Assembly (NCBI RefSeq): GCF_001194135.2
Contig: NC_068988.1
Span: 84,830,794-84,881,724, forward strand
Origin: Octopus bimaculoides
Taxonomy: Eukaryota
Length of the DNA: 50,931 nucleotides
Direction of reading: 5' to 3'
The notes under the pieces: generated by a model
Database searches by the model: none
Seen by the model: the letters and a program-made list of their open reading frames with translations, nothing else
Told to the model about the DNA's origin: nothing
In this document: one piece after another, positions 36,102 to 47,779 of the stretch
Layout of the letters: the number at the start of each line of letters is the position of its first letter
Position numbering within the stretch: the stretch's first letter is position 1
Program-made: the position numbers and the translations under genes

Positions 36102-37806
36102 CAGTGAGGGGAAATAAATATTTGTACATGTCAAAATTCTTTATTTATTTAATTTCTAATGAACATAAATGGGATATACCAATACTATATTTGCATACAC
36201 ATGCATAAACTAAGAATATGCAAAAGAAACTAATAAATTATAGTAACTAATGAATTTATATACAAATATAAATATTTAGGGGTGAAAAAAGTATTCGTAC
36301 AGAACATAAATAACCGATAATTCTGATTTAATACTTTGTAGCATAACCATTATTCAGTTCCACTTCAACCAATCTCTTCTTGTAGTTCTTAATCAATGAC
36401 TTGCACGTTTCTTTAGGAATTTTTTCCCATTCTTCTTGACAAATTTTCTTCNNNNNNNNNNNNNNNNNNNNNNNNNNNNNNNNNNNNNNNNNNNNNNNNN
36501 NNNNNNNNNNNNNNNNNNNNNNNNNNNNNNNNNNNNNNNNNNNNNNNNNNNNNNNNNNNNNNNNNNNNNNNNNNNNNNNNNNNNNNNNNNNNNNNNNNNN
36601 NNNNNNNNNNNNNNNNNNNNNNNNNNNNNNNNNNNNNNNNNNNNNNNNNNNNNNNNNNNNNNNNNNNNNNNNNNNNNNNNNNNNNNNNNNNNNNNNNNNN
36701 NNNNNNNNNNNNNNNNNNNNNNNNNNNNNNNNNNNNNNNNNNNNNNNNNNNNNNNNNNNNNNNNNNNNNNNNNNNNNNNNNNNNNNNNNNNNNNNNNNNN
36801 NNNNNNNNNNNNNNNNNNNNNNNNNNNNNNNNNNNNNNNNNNNNNNNNNNNNNNNNNNNNNNNNNNNNNNNNNNNNNNNNNNNNNNNNNNNNNNNNNNNN
36901 NNNNNNNNNNNNNNNNNNNNNNNNNNNNNNNNNNNNNNNNNNNNNNNNNNNNNNNNNNNNNNNNNNNNNNNNNNNNNNNNNNNNNNNNNNNNNNNNNNNN
37001 NNNNNNNNNNNNNNNNNNNNNNNNNNNNNNNNNNNNNNNNNNNNNNNNNNNNNNNNNNNNNNNNNNNNNNNNNNNNNNNNNNNNNNNNNNNNNNNNNNNN
37101 NNNNNNNNNNNNNNNNNNNNNNNNNNNNNNNNNNNNNNNNNNNNNNNNNNNNNNNNNNNNNNNNNNNNNNNNNNNNNNNNNNNNNNNNNNNNNNNNNNNN
37201 NNNNNNNNNNNNNNNNNNNNNNNNNNNNNNNNNNNNNNNNNNNNNNNNNNNNNNNNNNNNNNNNNNNNNNNNNNNNNNNNNNNNNNNNNNNNNNNNNNNN
37301 NNNNNNNNNNNNNNNNNNNNNNNNNNNNNNNNNNNNNNGGAATACAAATGGTTTCTGATATTTTCCTGTAACTTTTACCTGCTTTCCACTGTTCAATGAT
37401 TAAGTTTTTCACTGAATTTGTGAGTTCTTTACTTTTCGCCATTATTACGACACTACTTTATGTTGTCTCAGTGCTGTATGAAGAAGATAGCGTTTTGACA
37501 CTTAAAAATGACCACTGATAAGATTATTGGAACAAACGAGAAAGTTCTAGATAAAAAAAAATTATTTTAACAGTATTTTGTGGCACAGAAACTCATAAAT
37601 TTATTCTGTACGAATACTTTTTTGACCCCTAAATATTTATAATTGTATATAAATTCATTAATTACTATAATTTATTAGTTTCTTTTGCTTGTTCTTAGTT
37701 CATGCATGCGTATGCAAATATAGTATTGGTATATCTCATTTATGTTCATTAGAAATTAAATAAATAAAGAATTTTGACATGTACGAATATTTATTTCCCC
37801 TCACTG
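36102..37806 (-). mobile_element. Full-length Tc1-like transposon with ~200-bp IR/DR-type TIRs; transposase 37442-36328 mostly in a gap
   Basis: TA|CAGTGAGGGGAAATAAATA ... TATTTATTTCCCCTCACTG|TA; inner repeat AAAAAGTATTCGTACA; MAKSKELTNSVKNLII... and ...[35 protein letters not shown]. Confidence 0.95.
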
Positions 37807-37814
37807 TATAAATA

Positions 37815-37867
<53 letters not shown>

Positions 37868-37899
37868 CATATACACAGAGAGTGAGTAACACAGAGAGA

Positions 37900-38156
37900 G
37901 TGGGACACACACATTCCCACTACATCTACATACACATGCCAACACACACATGCACATTCACACACCCTTCAGACTGCCTCTCAAACACCGTTCAAACTGC
38001 TCCAACTCACTACTAACCCTCCAATTTATGCACATGTGCAAAAACACACAACCACCCATACATACACCTGTCACCATAGCTGCTGATCTCTCACTACAAC
38101 ATTAACAGACACATGCAGATCACTCATATAAACATACACATGTAAACAGTTAATAC

Positions 38157-38202
<46 letters not shown>

Positions 38203-38400
38203 TGCCACCACCACCACATGCACACAATCCACCACACACATACACACACACTCAGTTACTGCCACACACACACAAGCTACCATACACACACATGCCTATC
38301 ATTCACACACACACATGCACACACACCCATACATACACACAAATACCAACTATTCTTCACACTCTCCTGTCCCAGAAAGCACTTTCTCTTTGTCCATCTA
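37900..38400. repeat. Degenerate (CA)n-rich tract
   Basis: Direct reading. Confidence 0.85.
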
Positions 38401-39207
38401 CTTTCGGTCATTCCAAGATGTAACTACTGTTGGCATTTTTTCCCCTCCTTCTTCCTTTCTTTTGAACTTTCCTATGTCTCCTGTTTCCAAAGAAGACATT
38501 TGCTTAAAACATAAAACGACCACCCTTTCTTTCCTTCTCCAAGCATCTGATTAATACTTTGCATCTACCACGTCCTTGCATTATTGTTTTTTCCTGTTGT
38601 CTTTTTTCTCCACTTTTTAATTAACTATTTACCATGCGTTCATGTGGATCCCTGTTCTTCTGATTGACTTTGGAGGACCTAATTTGTGGAATTTTTTTCT
38701 ACCATCCGATTACATTACCTTATTCATTCAGAACATGCCATTTCTGCACCTTGATTATATATCTCTATACATGTATACACATTATATANNNNNNNNNNNN
38801 NNNNNNNNNNNNNNNNNNNNNNNNNNNNNNNNNNNNNNNNNNNNNNNNNNNNNNNNNNNNNNNNNNNNNNNNNNNNNNNNNNNNNNNNNNNNNNNNATAT
38901 ATATAAACATAATTAAGGGATCAGCAAATATTTGCTTCACCGCATACCGAAGTTCAGAAATAGCCGATAATGGTGCTTACATACCGAAGGGCTTGGTAAA
39001 AATTATTAATTGTTGATTTATTAATAAATTAATAAATTGATAATCCTTTACCCTTTTAATTTGTAATATATATATATATATATATATATCTGTGTGTATA
39101 TATGTTTATATGTATATAGTTGAAATTTACAGAAAAACAAAAGGCAAAGAGAGGTGTATAAACAACAAGCAGGTATATTAGTTTGACACTTGAGAAGGTG
39201 AGAAAGT

Positions 39208-39242
39208 CTTTTATGTTTCGAGCCTATGCTCTTAACAGAAAG
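39208..39242 (-). ncRNA. Degenerate minimal hammerhead-like motif
   Basis: CTTT | CTGTTAA | GAGC-ATAG-GCTC | GAAA | CAT | A | AAAG; two core mismatches to CUGANGA. Confidence 0.45.
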
Positions 39243-39539
39243 GAACATGAGGAAATAAACAGAGAGAGAATAAAAAAAAAACTTGTGGATTTAGCAGTCA
39301 ATCATATATATATATATTAAAGTTAGATAAGGCCAGTTTATGGGATTACCTTAGGTTTCACATCCATAAAGGGCCTGGCTTTATGGTATATCATCAGGTC
39401 CCAAAATCTCTTCACTAAAGACCTAACAACAATGGCACCTTTACCAATACCGGCAGTGGCAGCATCAACACCATCTCCACCTCCAATAACACCAACAGCA
39501 CCAGCACCAACACCAGCAATACCAGCACCAACAGCGCCA

Positions 39540-39660
39540 GTCCTGGCAAAAATGCCAACACCCAACTACGGAGATATATCAGTTGTTCTGGAAATTCATT
39601 CAAACAATGCCTCTCCAACCACAGATCCTCCTTCAGGAAACTGGAAAGGAGATTTATCAT
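39540..39660 (+). mobile_element. Penelope-type GIY-YIG endonuclease fragment
   Basis: [24 protein letters not shown] resembles the PLE YIG.T..SFK.R..NH.SSF segment. Confidence 0.5.
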
Positions 39661-40166
39661 GTACACGGCGAAGTCTACCAAAAAATGGATTGTCGATCAC
39701 ATTATAAAATTATTAGAATGGCCAAGCCAGTCACCTGACTTGAACCCCATTGAAAATTTGTGGCGTTATTTGAAAATTAAAATTCATTCAAGAGCCCCAA
39801 CATGCATTCTAGATTTGAAGAAAATTTGTAAAGAAGAATGGGAAAAAATTCCTAAAGAAAGATGTGAGTCATTGATTAAGAACAACAAGAAGAGATTGGT
39901 TGAAGTGGAACTGAATAATGATTATGCTATGAAGTATTAAATCAAAATTATCGGTTATTTATGTTCTGTATGAATACTTTTTTCACCCCTAAATATTTAT
40001 AATTGAATATAAATTCCTTAGTTACTATAATTTATAAGTTTCTTTTGCATATTCTTAGTTTATGCATGTGTATGCAAATATAGTATTGGTATATCCCATT
40101 TATGTTCATTAGAAATTAAATAAATAAAGAATTTTGACATGTACGAATATTTATTTCCCCCCACTG
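39660..40166 (+). mobile_element. Tc1-like transposon, 3' part of the same family as 36102-37806
   Basis: TAKSTKKW...[17 protein letters not shown] (DD34E pattern) to YAMKY*, then a full TIR ending CCACTG|TA. Confidence 0.93.
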
Positions 40167-40179
40167 TATTATGTATATG

Positions 40180-40204
<25 letters not shown>

Positions 40205-40225
<21 letters not shown>

Positions 40226-40318
40226 GGAAGGGCATCCAGCTGTAGAAACTCTGCCAAATCAGATTGGAGCCTGGTGTAGCCTTCGGGTTCCACCAATCCT
40301 CAGTCAAATCATCCAACC
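40205..40318 (+). mobile_element. SINE family C (young subfamily) 3' fragment
   Basis: AGGAAGGGCATCCAGCTGTAGAAACTCTGCCAAATCAGATTGGAGCC. Confidence 0.85.
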
Positions 40319-41098
40319 NNNNNNNNNNNNNNNNNNNNNNNNNNNNNNNNNNNNNNNNNNNNNNNNNNNNNNNNNNNNNNNNNNNNNNNNNNNNNNNNNN
40401 NNNNNNNNNNNNNNNNNNNNNNNNNNNNNNNNNNNNNNNNNNNNNNNNNNNNNNNNNNNNNNNNNNNNNNNNNNNNNNNNNNNNNNNNNNNNNNNNNNNN
40501 NNNNNNNNNNNNNNNNNNNTATATATATATATATATATATATATATTTTTGGTTGAGAGATGGAAGATACAAGAATTTTTATTATAATTGATTTAATTTT
40601 GGCATGCAGAAATCAGTGAATGTTTTGTTTACTGATGTCTTTGTCAGAAGAAATATTTTTTGACAAACTCAGAACACTGAGAAGACAAAATCAGGTGGAA
40701 ACATGTCTGATGATCCACTGACAACATTCAAAAAGAGCTTTGTGTGTTTTAACAGAGAAACTGCTTTGTGAATTTTTTTCTCTTGCCATTCTATGTTTGT
40801 ATTTACATTATATATATGTTACACGTATTATTTCTTTAGACTATGCTGTCTCAAGAGGGTATATTGATTTATGATGGCTGCAATTTAATTTCAAGTTATG
40901 CCATCACTTGATTGTTTTCTTAAACTTAAACCACAAGGATGTGACTTTTCAGTCCTGGTGTGTACATACACATACATATATACATCCATATGTACATACG
41001 TACATATCTATATATATATGTGTGTGTGCGTGTGTGTGTGTGTGTGCGTGTGTGTGTGTGTGTATACGCAAATGCATGCATGAATGCATGTATGTATG

Positions 41099-41149
<51 letters not shown>

Positions 41150-41335
41150 CATCATCATCATCATCATCATCATCGTTTAACATCCGCTTTCCATGCTAGC
41201 ATGGGTTGGACGATTTGACTGAGGACTGGTGAAACCGGATGGCAACACCAGGCTCCAATCTGTTTCTACAGTTGGATGCCCTTCCTAACGCCAACCACTC
41301 AGAGAGTGTAGTGGGTGCTTTTACGTGTCACCCGC
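41150..41335 (-). mobile_element. SINE family C (young subfamily)
   Basis: 73 bp identical to 49567-49639 in inverted orientation. Confidence 0.9.
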
Positions 41336-41941
41336 NNNNNNNNNNNNNNNNNNNNNNNNNNNNNNNNNNNNNNNNNNNNNNNNNNNNNNNNNNNNNNNNN
41401 NNNNNNNNNNNNNNNNNNNNNNNNNNNNNNNNNNNNNNNNNNNNNNNNNNNNNNNNNNNNNNNNNNNNNNNNNNNNNNNNNNNNNNNNNNNNNNNNNNNN
41501 NNNNNNNNNNNNNNNNNNNNNNNNNNNNNNNNNNNNNNNNNNNNNNNNNNNNNNNNNNNNNNNNNNNNNNNNNNNNNNNNNNNNNNNNNNNNNNNNNNNN
41601 NNNNNNNNNNNNNNNNNNNNNNNNNNNNNNNNNNNNNNNNNNNNNNNNNNNNNNNNNNNNNNNNNNNNNNNNNNNNNNNNNNNNNNNNNNNNNNNNNNNN
41701 NNNNNNNNNNNNNNNNNNNNNNNNNNNNNNNNNNNNNNNNNNNNNNNNNNNNNNNNNNNNNNNNNNNNNNNNNNNNNNNNNNNNNNNNNNNNNNNNNNNN
41801 NNNNNNNNNNNNNNNNNNNNNNNNNNNNNNNNNNNNNNNNNNNNNNNNNNNNNNNNNNNNNNNNNNNNNNNNAAGACATTTAAAATCACCTAAACAAGCA
41901 TTATTAAACAGGAACTAGTTTCGGATTTAACAAATTCTTAC

Positions 41942-42019
41942 CATTTGTCTATTCCTCATCAGCCTGATTTGTAATGAACCGTAATCATCAGAATCGTATA
42001 CAGAGTTGCCCACCGCCAT
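41942..42019 (-). CDS. Candidate first coding exon, MAVGNSVYDSDDYGSLQIRLMRNRQM (26 codons, phase 0), product unknown
   Basis: ATGGCG start, open frame, donor ATG|GTAAGA at 41941; lies in a CpG-rich non-repeat island. No downstream exon identified. Confidence 0.45.
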
Positions 42020-42130
42020 TGGTGCGCGTGCATATGGTTCTGCTAATTACAGCTTAATGGTAAAATTCAAAAGTCTTCGTTTTGGCGCGCTAATTCAAGA
42101 ATATATCCGCAGAAAATATTTACTGCGTCT
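42005..42130. promoter_or_regulatory. CpG-rich promoter-like segment with E2F-type and CCAAT motifs
   Basis: TTTTGGCGCGC at ~42080-42090, ATTGG at 42018-42022, GCGCGTGC at ~42024. Confidence 0.45.
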
Positions 42131-42837
42131 TTTATATTCAGTATGAGAACAAGGGCAATGGGTAAAATATTAATGTATGTATGTATGTATGTATGTATGT
42201 ATATATGTATGTATATGTATATATTATAAGGATAGATACATAGATAGATTCATAGATCTCATGCAACACGGTTGTTTTGGATAATTGCGATTATGTAGGA
42301 TGTAGATGGTGACTAAACGTCTTATGAACAAATGGCTAAATGACAAACTATCAAATAAATAAATAAGGACATATGGAACCTTGTTACTTAGAAATTTAGT
42401 TTAAATTTAAAAATTTCAAAGCTTAAATTTTATCCCTTGAATACTTTCAAGTTAAAGCTCATCTTCAGAATTGTTATGTTCTTAGAGAAATTTGGGAGCT
42501 GAAAACATGGGACATGTACCTCTGTTATTCTCGGAAACTGAAAACATTCTGCCATGCATCTAACTCTTCTTTTTAATTCAGAATTAGCTTTTGTTTGTTA
42601 ATGAAGTAGGCCATTGCTGTTCAGAGGTTTACTGCATCTCTATCATTATCATACAGGCTGGTGCCAGAACCCAGTTGTCTTCTGGCTGCTCTGTTCACTG
42701 CAGAGTATACTCACCTCACAAAACACAATCTGTAGTCACAAGTGAATAACACAATGGCTCAGCTTCATCTCATTCGGAAAATGCAATGGGTGAATTCATT
42801 CTCTGACACAGTCCTTCAGGTTCTTTGGGTATGTAGA

Positions 42838-43230
42838 TTCATCATTGTCATGGTTGTCGTTTAATGTCTACTTTCCATGCTGGCATGGGTTGGACTGTTT
42901 GACTGAGGGCTGGCAAGCCATAAGGCTGCACCAGACACCAATCTGATCTGGCAAAGTTTCTACAGCTGGATGCCCTTCCTAACACCAACCACTCTGAGAG
43001 TGTAGTGGGTGCTTTTTTATGTGCCACTGGTACAAGGGCCAGTCAGGCGGTACTGGCATCGACCACGCTTGAATGGTACTTTTTACATGCCACCAGCATG
43101 GGAGCCAATCAGACGGCACTGGCAACGACCATGCTCGAATGGTGCTTTTTACGGGCCACCGGCATGGGACCAGTCAGCCAGCACTGGCATCGACCATGCT
43201 TGAATGGTGCTTTTTGCATGCCACGGGCAT
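42838..43230 (-). mobile_element. SINE family C with ~66-bp internal tandem repeat (~3.3 units)
   Basis: Units start at ~43021, 43087, 43153 and 43218. Confidence 0.85.
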
Positions 43231-43289
43231 GGGTTGGAAAAATATTTCCATTGTCGCCTCCTCATAGAAGCCTGGCTTGAAGAGAAGAA

Positions 43290-43600
43290 TGAATGCAGTG
43301 AATCCACCATTGAGTGCTTCTCTCAAACTTTAAGTTGTTGAGAATGACACTGAAAGTATTGGGGATTTTTTAGGCCTTGTCTCTGAAATGGGTCAGTACA
43401 AGGGTATCACCCATGTATCTCCAGCAAAATGTATTGTGCTCCTCAGAGCAAAATAGTTCACATTCTATGCCATCCATAATAGGATCTCATTGGAAGGCTG
43501 CTGGATTGCCTGTAGATGATATTTTTATCATTGAAAATTGTGTTGGTAATGCAGAACTTTAGATTGGTGTTGTTTTTGACCCCCAGACTGAAGATAAACT
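43290..43600 (-). mobile_element. Penelope-like RT fragment
   Basis: FNDKNIIYRQSSSLPM (G.AMG region), FCWRYMGDTLVL (YxDD position), LNNLKF. Confidence 0.6.
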
Positions 43601-43829
43601 GTTTTCACTTCGAATTTTTATAAATTTTTACTAATATTTGATAAAATGAGATTCATCATTGAAACTGGTAATATTCTATATTTTCTTTATATAATTTTTA
43701 AATCATTTTATTAAATTCTTTCTAAATTGAAACATCTTAGATTTACTTCTGTGCTATTTCCACCTCCATCTTTTGTATATAAAAATTTGATTTGTATAGA
43801 TCTCTAATATTTTTTCAACTATATATAAC

Positions 43830-44020
43830 AGTGGCGAGCTGGCCGAAATACCCAGTGGCATTTCATCTGTCTTTATGTTCTGAGTTCAAATTCCGCCAAG
43901 CTTGACTTTGTCTTTCATCCTTTCGAGGTCGATAAATTAAGTACCAGTTGTGTACTGGAGTCGACCTAATTGACTGGGCACCCCTCCCTTTTGGGCCTTG
44001 TGCCTGGAGTAGGAAAGTAT
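43830..44020 (+). mobile_element. SINE family A, well preserved
   Basis: GTGGCGAGCTGGCCGAAA...GAGTTCAAATTCCGCC...GGGCCTTGTGCCTGGAGTAG. Confidence 0.88.
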
Positions 44021-44229
44021 ATACACACACACACACACACATATATATATGTAAGCTGTGACTGTAGTATTTGAATTTAATCTTCTCTATTAAGGACTTT
44101 TCATATTTCCTCTGTAGTCCTTCATCTTATTATTCCTAAGTTCATTAACATTTCAAGAAGCTGGACTTGAATTACTCTATCAGTCTCTTCAAGCTCTTGA
44201 TGAGAAAACTATCATAAATATTGATGATA

Positions 44230-46060
44230 AACTACAAAACTCATTCTGGTGTGAAGGCAATAAATAGATATAAATACAATAAAGACATACTTAACATAAG
44301 TCGTAAATTAGCTCTACAGGACCTGAAAAGAAATGATAAAATTGTAATACATGACAGCAATAAGACTTAACTGTTTGTTATTATGAACAAAGATGAATAC
44401 ATTACTAAAATAAGAAACATACTCTATAATAACAACAAATGTATGAAAATTTGGAAATACAACCATTTATAATAACTGAAACATTAAATTCAATAAATTA
44501 CCACAGTGGTGCTCAAATAAGATATATATACAACTTATAGCTCAGTAAAAACTCACAAACACAAACATCTTCTCTGGTCTACAATCTTATGTTGTAGTGA
44601 AAATGGTATACTCCTTCCCACGTGACAAAGTGGTATGAATCAGCCATTCCAAAGTCAGACAGTCAGTTATTGTATAAGGTCAGTACTAGTAGAATCGTTG
44701 TATGAGTTCTCAATTGGAGTCAGTGTCAGTTATGTGATATATATGAGTTTGAGATACCGTCAAGGTAGATGTTTCAAAGTCATTGTCTTGCAGAACAATC
44801 AGCAATAGCATGATAGACAAGTCAAAGATAATATGATGCGGAATAACACCACAACATAATAGTGGCTTCAAGAACTTACAAGTGGACAATGCTGATGACA
44901 ATTTACAAGTAGACAAGGATCCACACTATAATTAATACAATACACCTACTCACAGAATTGCCAAATGACTAAATAGTATCATAAAGAAATATGGGGGCCT
45001 GGTGCAGCCTTCTGGCTTCCCAGACCCCAGTTGAACCGTCCAACTCATGCCAGCATGGAAAACAGATGTTAAACGATGATGATGATGAGTGATGTAACAT
45101 ACAATTATTGGGTGAATTCTTTGAAAATTTGTAGGAAACCAACAAATTTGACATTTCCACCATAAATGTAGAAAGTCTTTGTACCAAAACTTTTGTAAAA
45201 GTAGCAATCAGCATAATTTTGAAGAAGGTGGGTATACATCCTAGAATAAAACCAGCTAATATGGCAAGAAACATCCTTAAAATGTTTTTATTGACCTGCA
45301 CAAACAAGGTTCCTTCCTTTGCCTGCAAGACAGCCTATACACACAGAAGAATGGAATGGTTATGGGTTTTCCACTCAGGCCCACATTCATGGCAATCTTC
45401 ATGGTAAACATGAAACAAAGTTTTTTCCAATATTGAACATAACCACATTATCTGTATTAGGTACATCAAAGACATAATTGTTTTGATATAGAAGAACAGG
45501 AAGGTATACTAAAAGAAGATCTCAAACATATTTTTACATTTAAATTTATAATGTAATACAGCTCTAATATACATTCAGACTACAACATCACCTGATTCTT
45601 AGATATAAATGTAGAAATACAGAAGAATACTTAGTATACACAAAAACAAAAAAATAAATACTCAAACAGATGCATAGATGCATGGAGACTTAGATATAAA
45701 TATCTAGAGTCAAATCTCTTCTGAAATAAGCTTTCAGATTCTTGTCCACTAAAGAAACCTGCAATTAAAGAAATCCTGTGAGTGAAACAAACATTAATTG
45801 ATAATGGATACCTGACTAAATAAATAGACCAAGTTATAGAACAACACAAGAACAAATCCATTCACACAGATACAACAGATGCAGCACCTATTAGAAATAC
45901 ACAAATCATACATGTAGCATAAACAAAATTCATTCTAATTTCAGAATGAATGAACACATCATTTAAAACTCACTAAAAAAGAGCACAACATGTATCACAT
46001 CTAACCACAAATATATGAAATATATCATGAAAACACGAGAGTGTAAACGTTTCTCATCGT
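44230..46060 (+). mobile_element. Penelope-like retroelement (RT, possibly GIY-YIG), decayed, interrupted by a SINE at 44990-45090
   Basis: ALQDLKRNDKIVIHDSNK..IMNKDEYITKI; INVESL; QKNGMVMGFPLRPTFMAIFM; IRYIKD; FLDINV; possible YIMKT near 46020. Confidence 0.78.
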
Positions 46061-46589
46061 CATTGAATCCCAAGGCACAGACAATCAATGTAATATACTG
46101 ATTTTGATGTAAACATGAAAGTTATAAATCAGGACGCAAATTGTTTCATCAGCGATAAAAATATTTTCTTGTTCATTAACCATGCATTTACAACAACGAA
46201 CCATCATAAATCATTACTATACAGTATACAAAACAAAATTAGATAGAAAAACATTAGTTGAAAGCACTATTATCCCATATATATATATATATATATACAT
46301 ACATACATAAAAAATTTAGCACATAAATACATATGCATGCATCTAAAACGCATCCATAAAACAAACATACAAATCTGCGCATACACTAACACCAAATACT
46401 GCACACACACACATATGCACAAATACCTAGATNNNNNNNNNNAACACCAAATACTGCACACACACACATATGCACAAATACCTAGATGATGTTGATAAAA
46501 GTTCCAATGAAGGAGCCTTGAATCTATGTTAGAGTCCGGCTCTTTCTCTATGGACAAGAAATACAGAAATGAAACTGATTGATAACATA

Positions 46590-46830
46590 CATATATAGTG
46601 TGGTCGATACCAGTGCCACTTGATTGGCCCTGTGCCAGTGGAACAAAAAGCACCCACTACACTCTTGGAGTGGTTTGCATTAGGAAGGGCATCCAGTTGT
46701 AGAAACCTTGCCAGATCAGATTGGTGCCTGGTGCAGCCTCCTGTCTTGCCAGTCCTCAGTCAAACCGTCCAACCCATGCCAGCATAGAAAGTGGACGTTA
46801 AACAATGATGATGACGAATATGATGATGAT
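46590..46830 (+). mobile_element. SINE family C 3' part
   Basis: AAAAAGCACCCACTACACTC...CCAACCCATGCCAGCAT...GATGATG. Confidence 0.85.
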
Positions 46831-47261
46831 GATATAATTTCATAGAAGCTGAAATTAACTATGGAGGATATAGTAATAACATGCATAACAATACATATCA
46901 ATCATGAGTTAACTGTCGAATAATTCTAAATACTGGAGACAATTTTATTAGTTGTAACAATATTACTTTTAAACTTACTGTAAAGCATGCAAACAACAAG
47001 CAAATTACTGTTACCATTTCATTCAAGAAGGTCTTGAAGTGTTACTGAATTTACAAATGTTTTTCTGAACTAAAGATAAAAAACACTAATAAGGAAATAG
47101 GAAAGATCTTTGATACAAAACATTAAACTTTAAAAAAATTCATGTCTTTAGTATATCTTGTTTGTAAGAAAAACTGTTTTCTATTAACACATATACACAC
47201 TCATATGTACAAGCAAACACAAACACACTACATATATAAATTCTTGTGTGTATGTGTGTGT

Positions 47262-47460
47262 ATCATCATCATTATCATTTAATATTCGTCTTCCATGCCG
47301 GCATGGGTTGGATGGTTTTAGAGCATCTAATGAGTTAGAGGACTGTGTTCAATCTCCAAGTTTCCAACAGCTGGGTGCCCTTCCTAATGCCAGTCACTAT
47401 ACGGAGTGTACTGGGTGCTATGTTCATGGTGCTGGCACTGGTGAGGTTGCCAAGTAAGTT
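47262..47460 (-). mobile_element. SINE family C copy
   Basis: TTCCATGCCGGCATGGGTTGGATG...CCCTTCCTAATGCC. Confidence 0.78.
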
Positions 47461-47656
47461 GCTTGTATAAATGTCAAGAACTTAATGTGAGTGGAACTTG
47501 TAGAAGCAAGAAACCCAAGAAGATATGGACAAAGTAGCAAAGGACCTTGAATCTCACTCAGGAGGTAACAAAGGACTCAGATGACCGGCAAAATGTGGTA
47601 CTCAAGAAGATCCATGCATCTTGAAGAAATTGAGATTCTAAAAGCACAATAATGTA

Positions 47657-47746
<90 letters not shown>

Positions 47747-47766
47747 TGTCTGTCTGTCTGTCTGTC
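47657..47766. repeat. (TG)n then (TCTG)n microsatellite
   Basis: Direct reading. Confidence 0.95.
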
Positions 47767-47779
47767 TACCAATCAATCG

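Noticed and set aside
46388-46487. Exact 45-bp direct repeat
   Set aside because: The copies flank a 10-N gap; probably an unmerged contig overlap.
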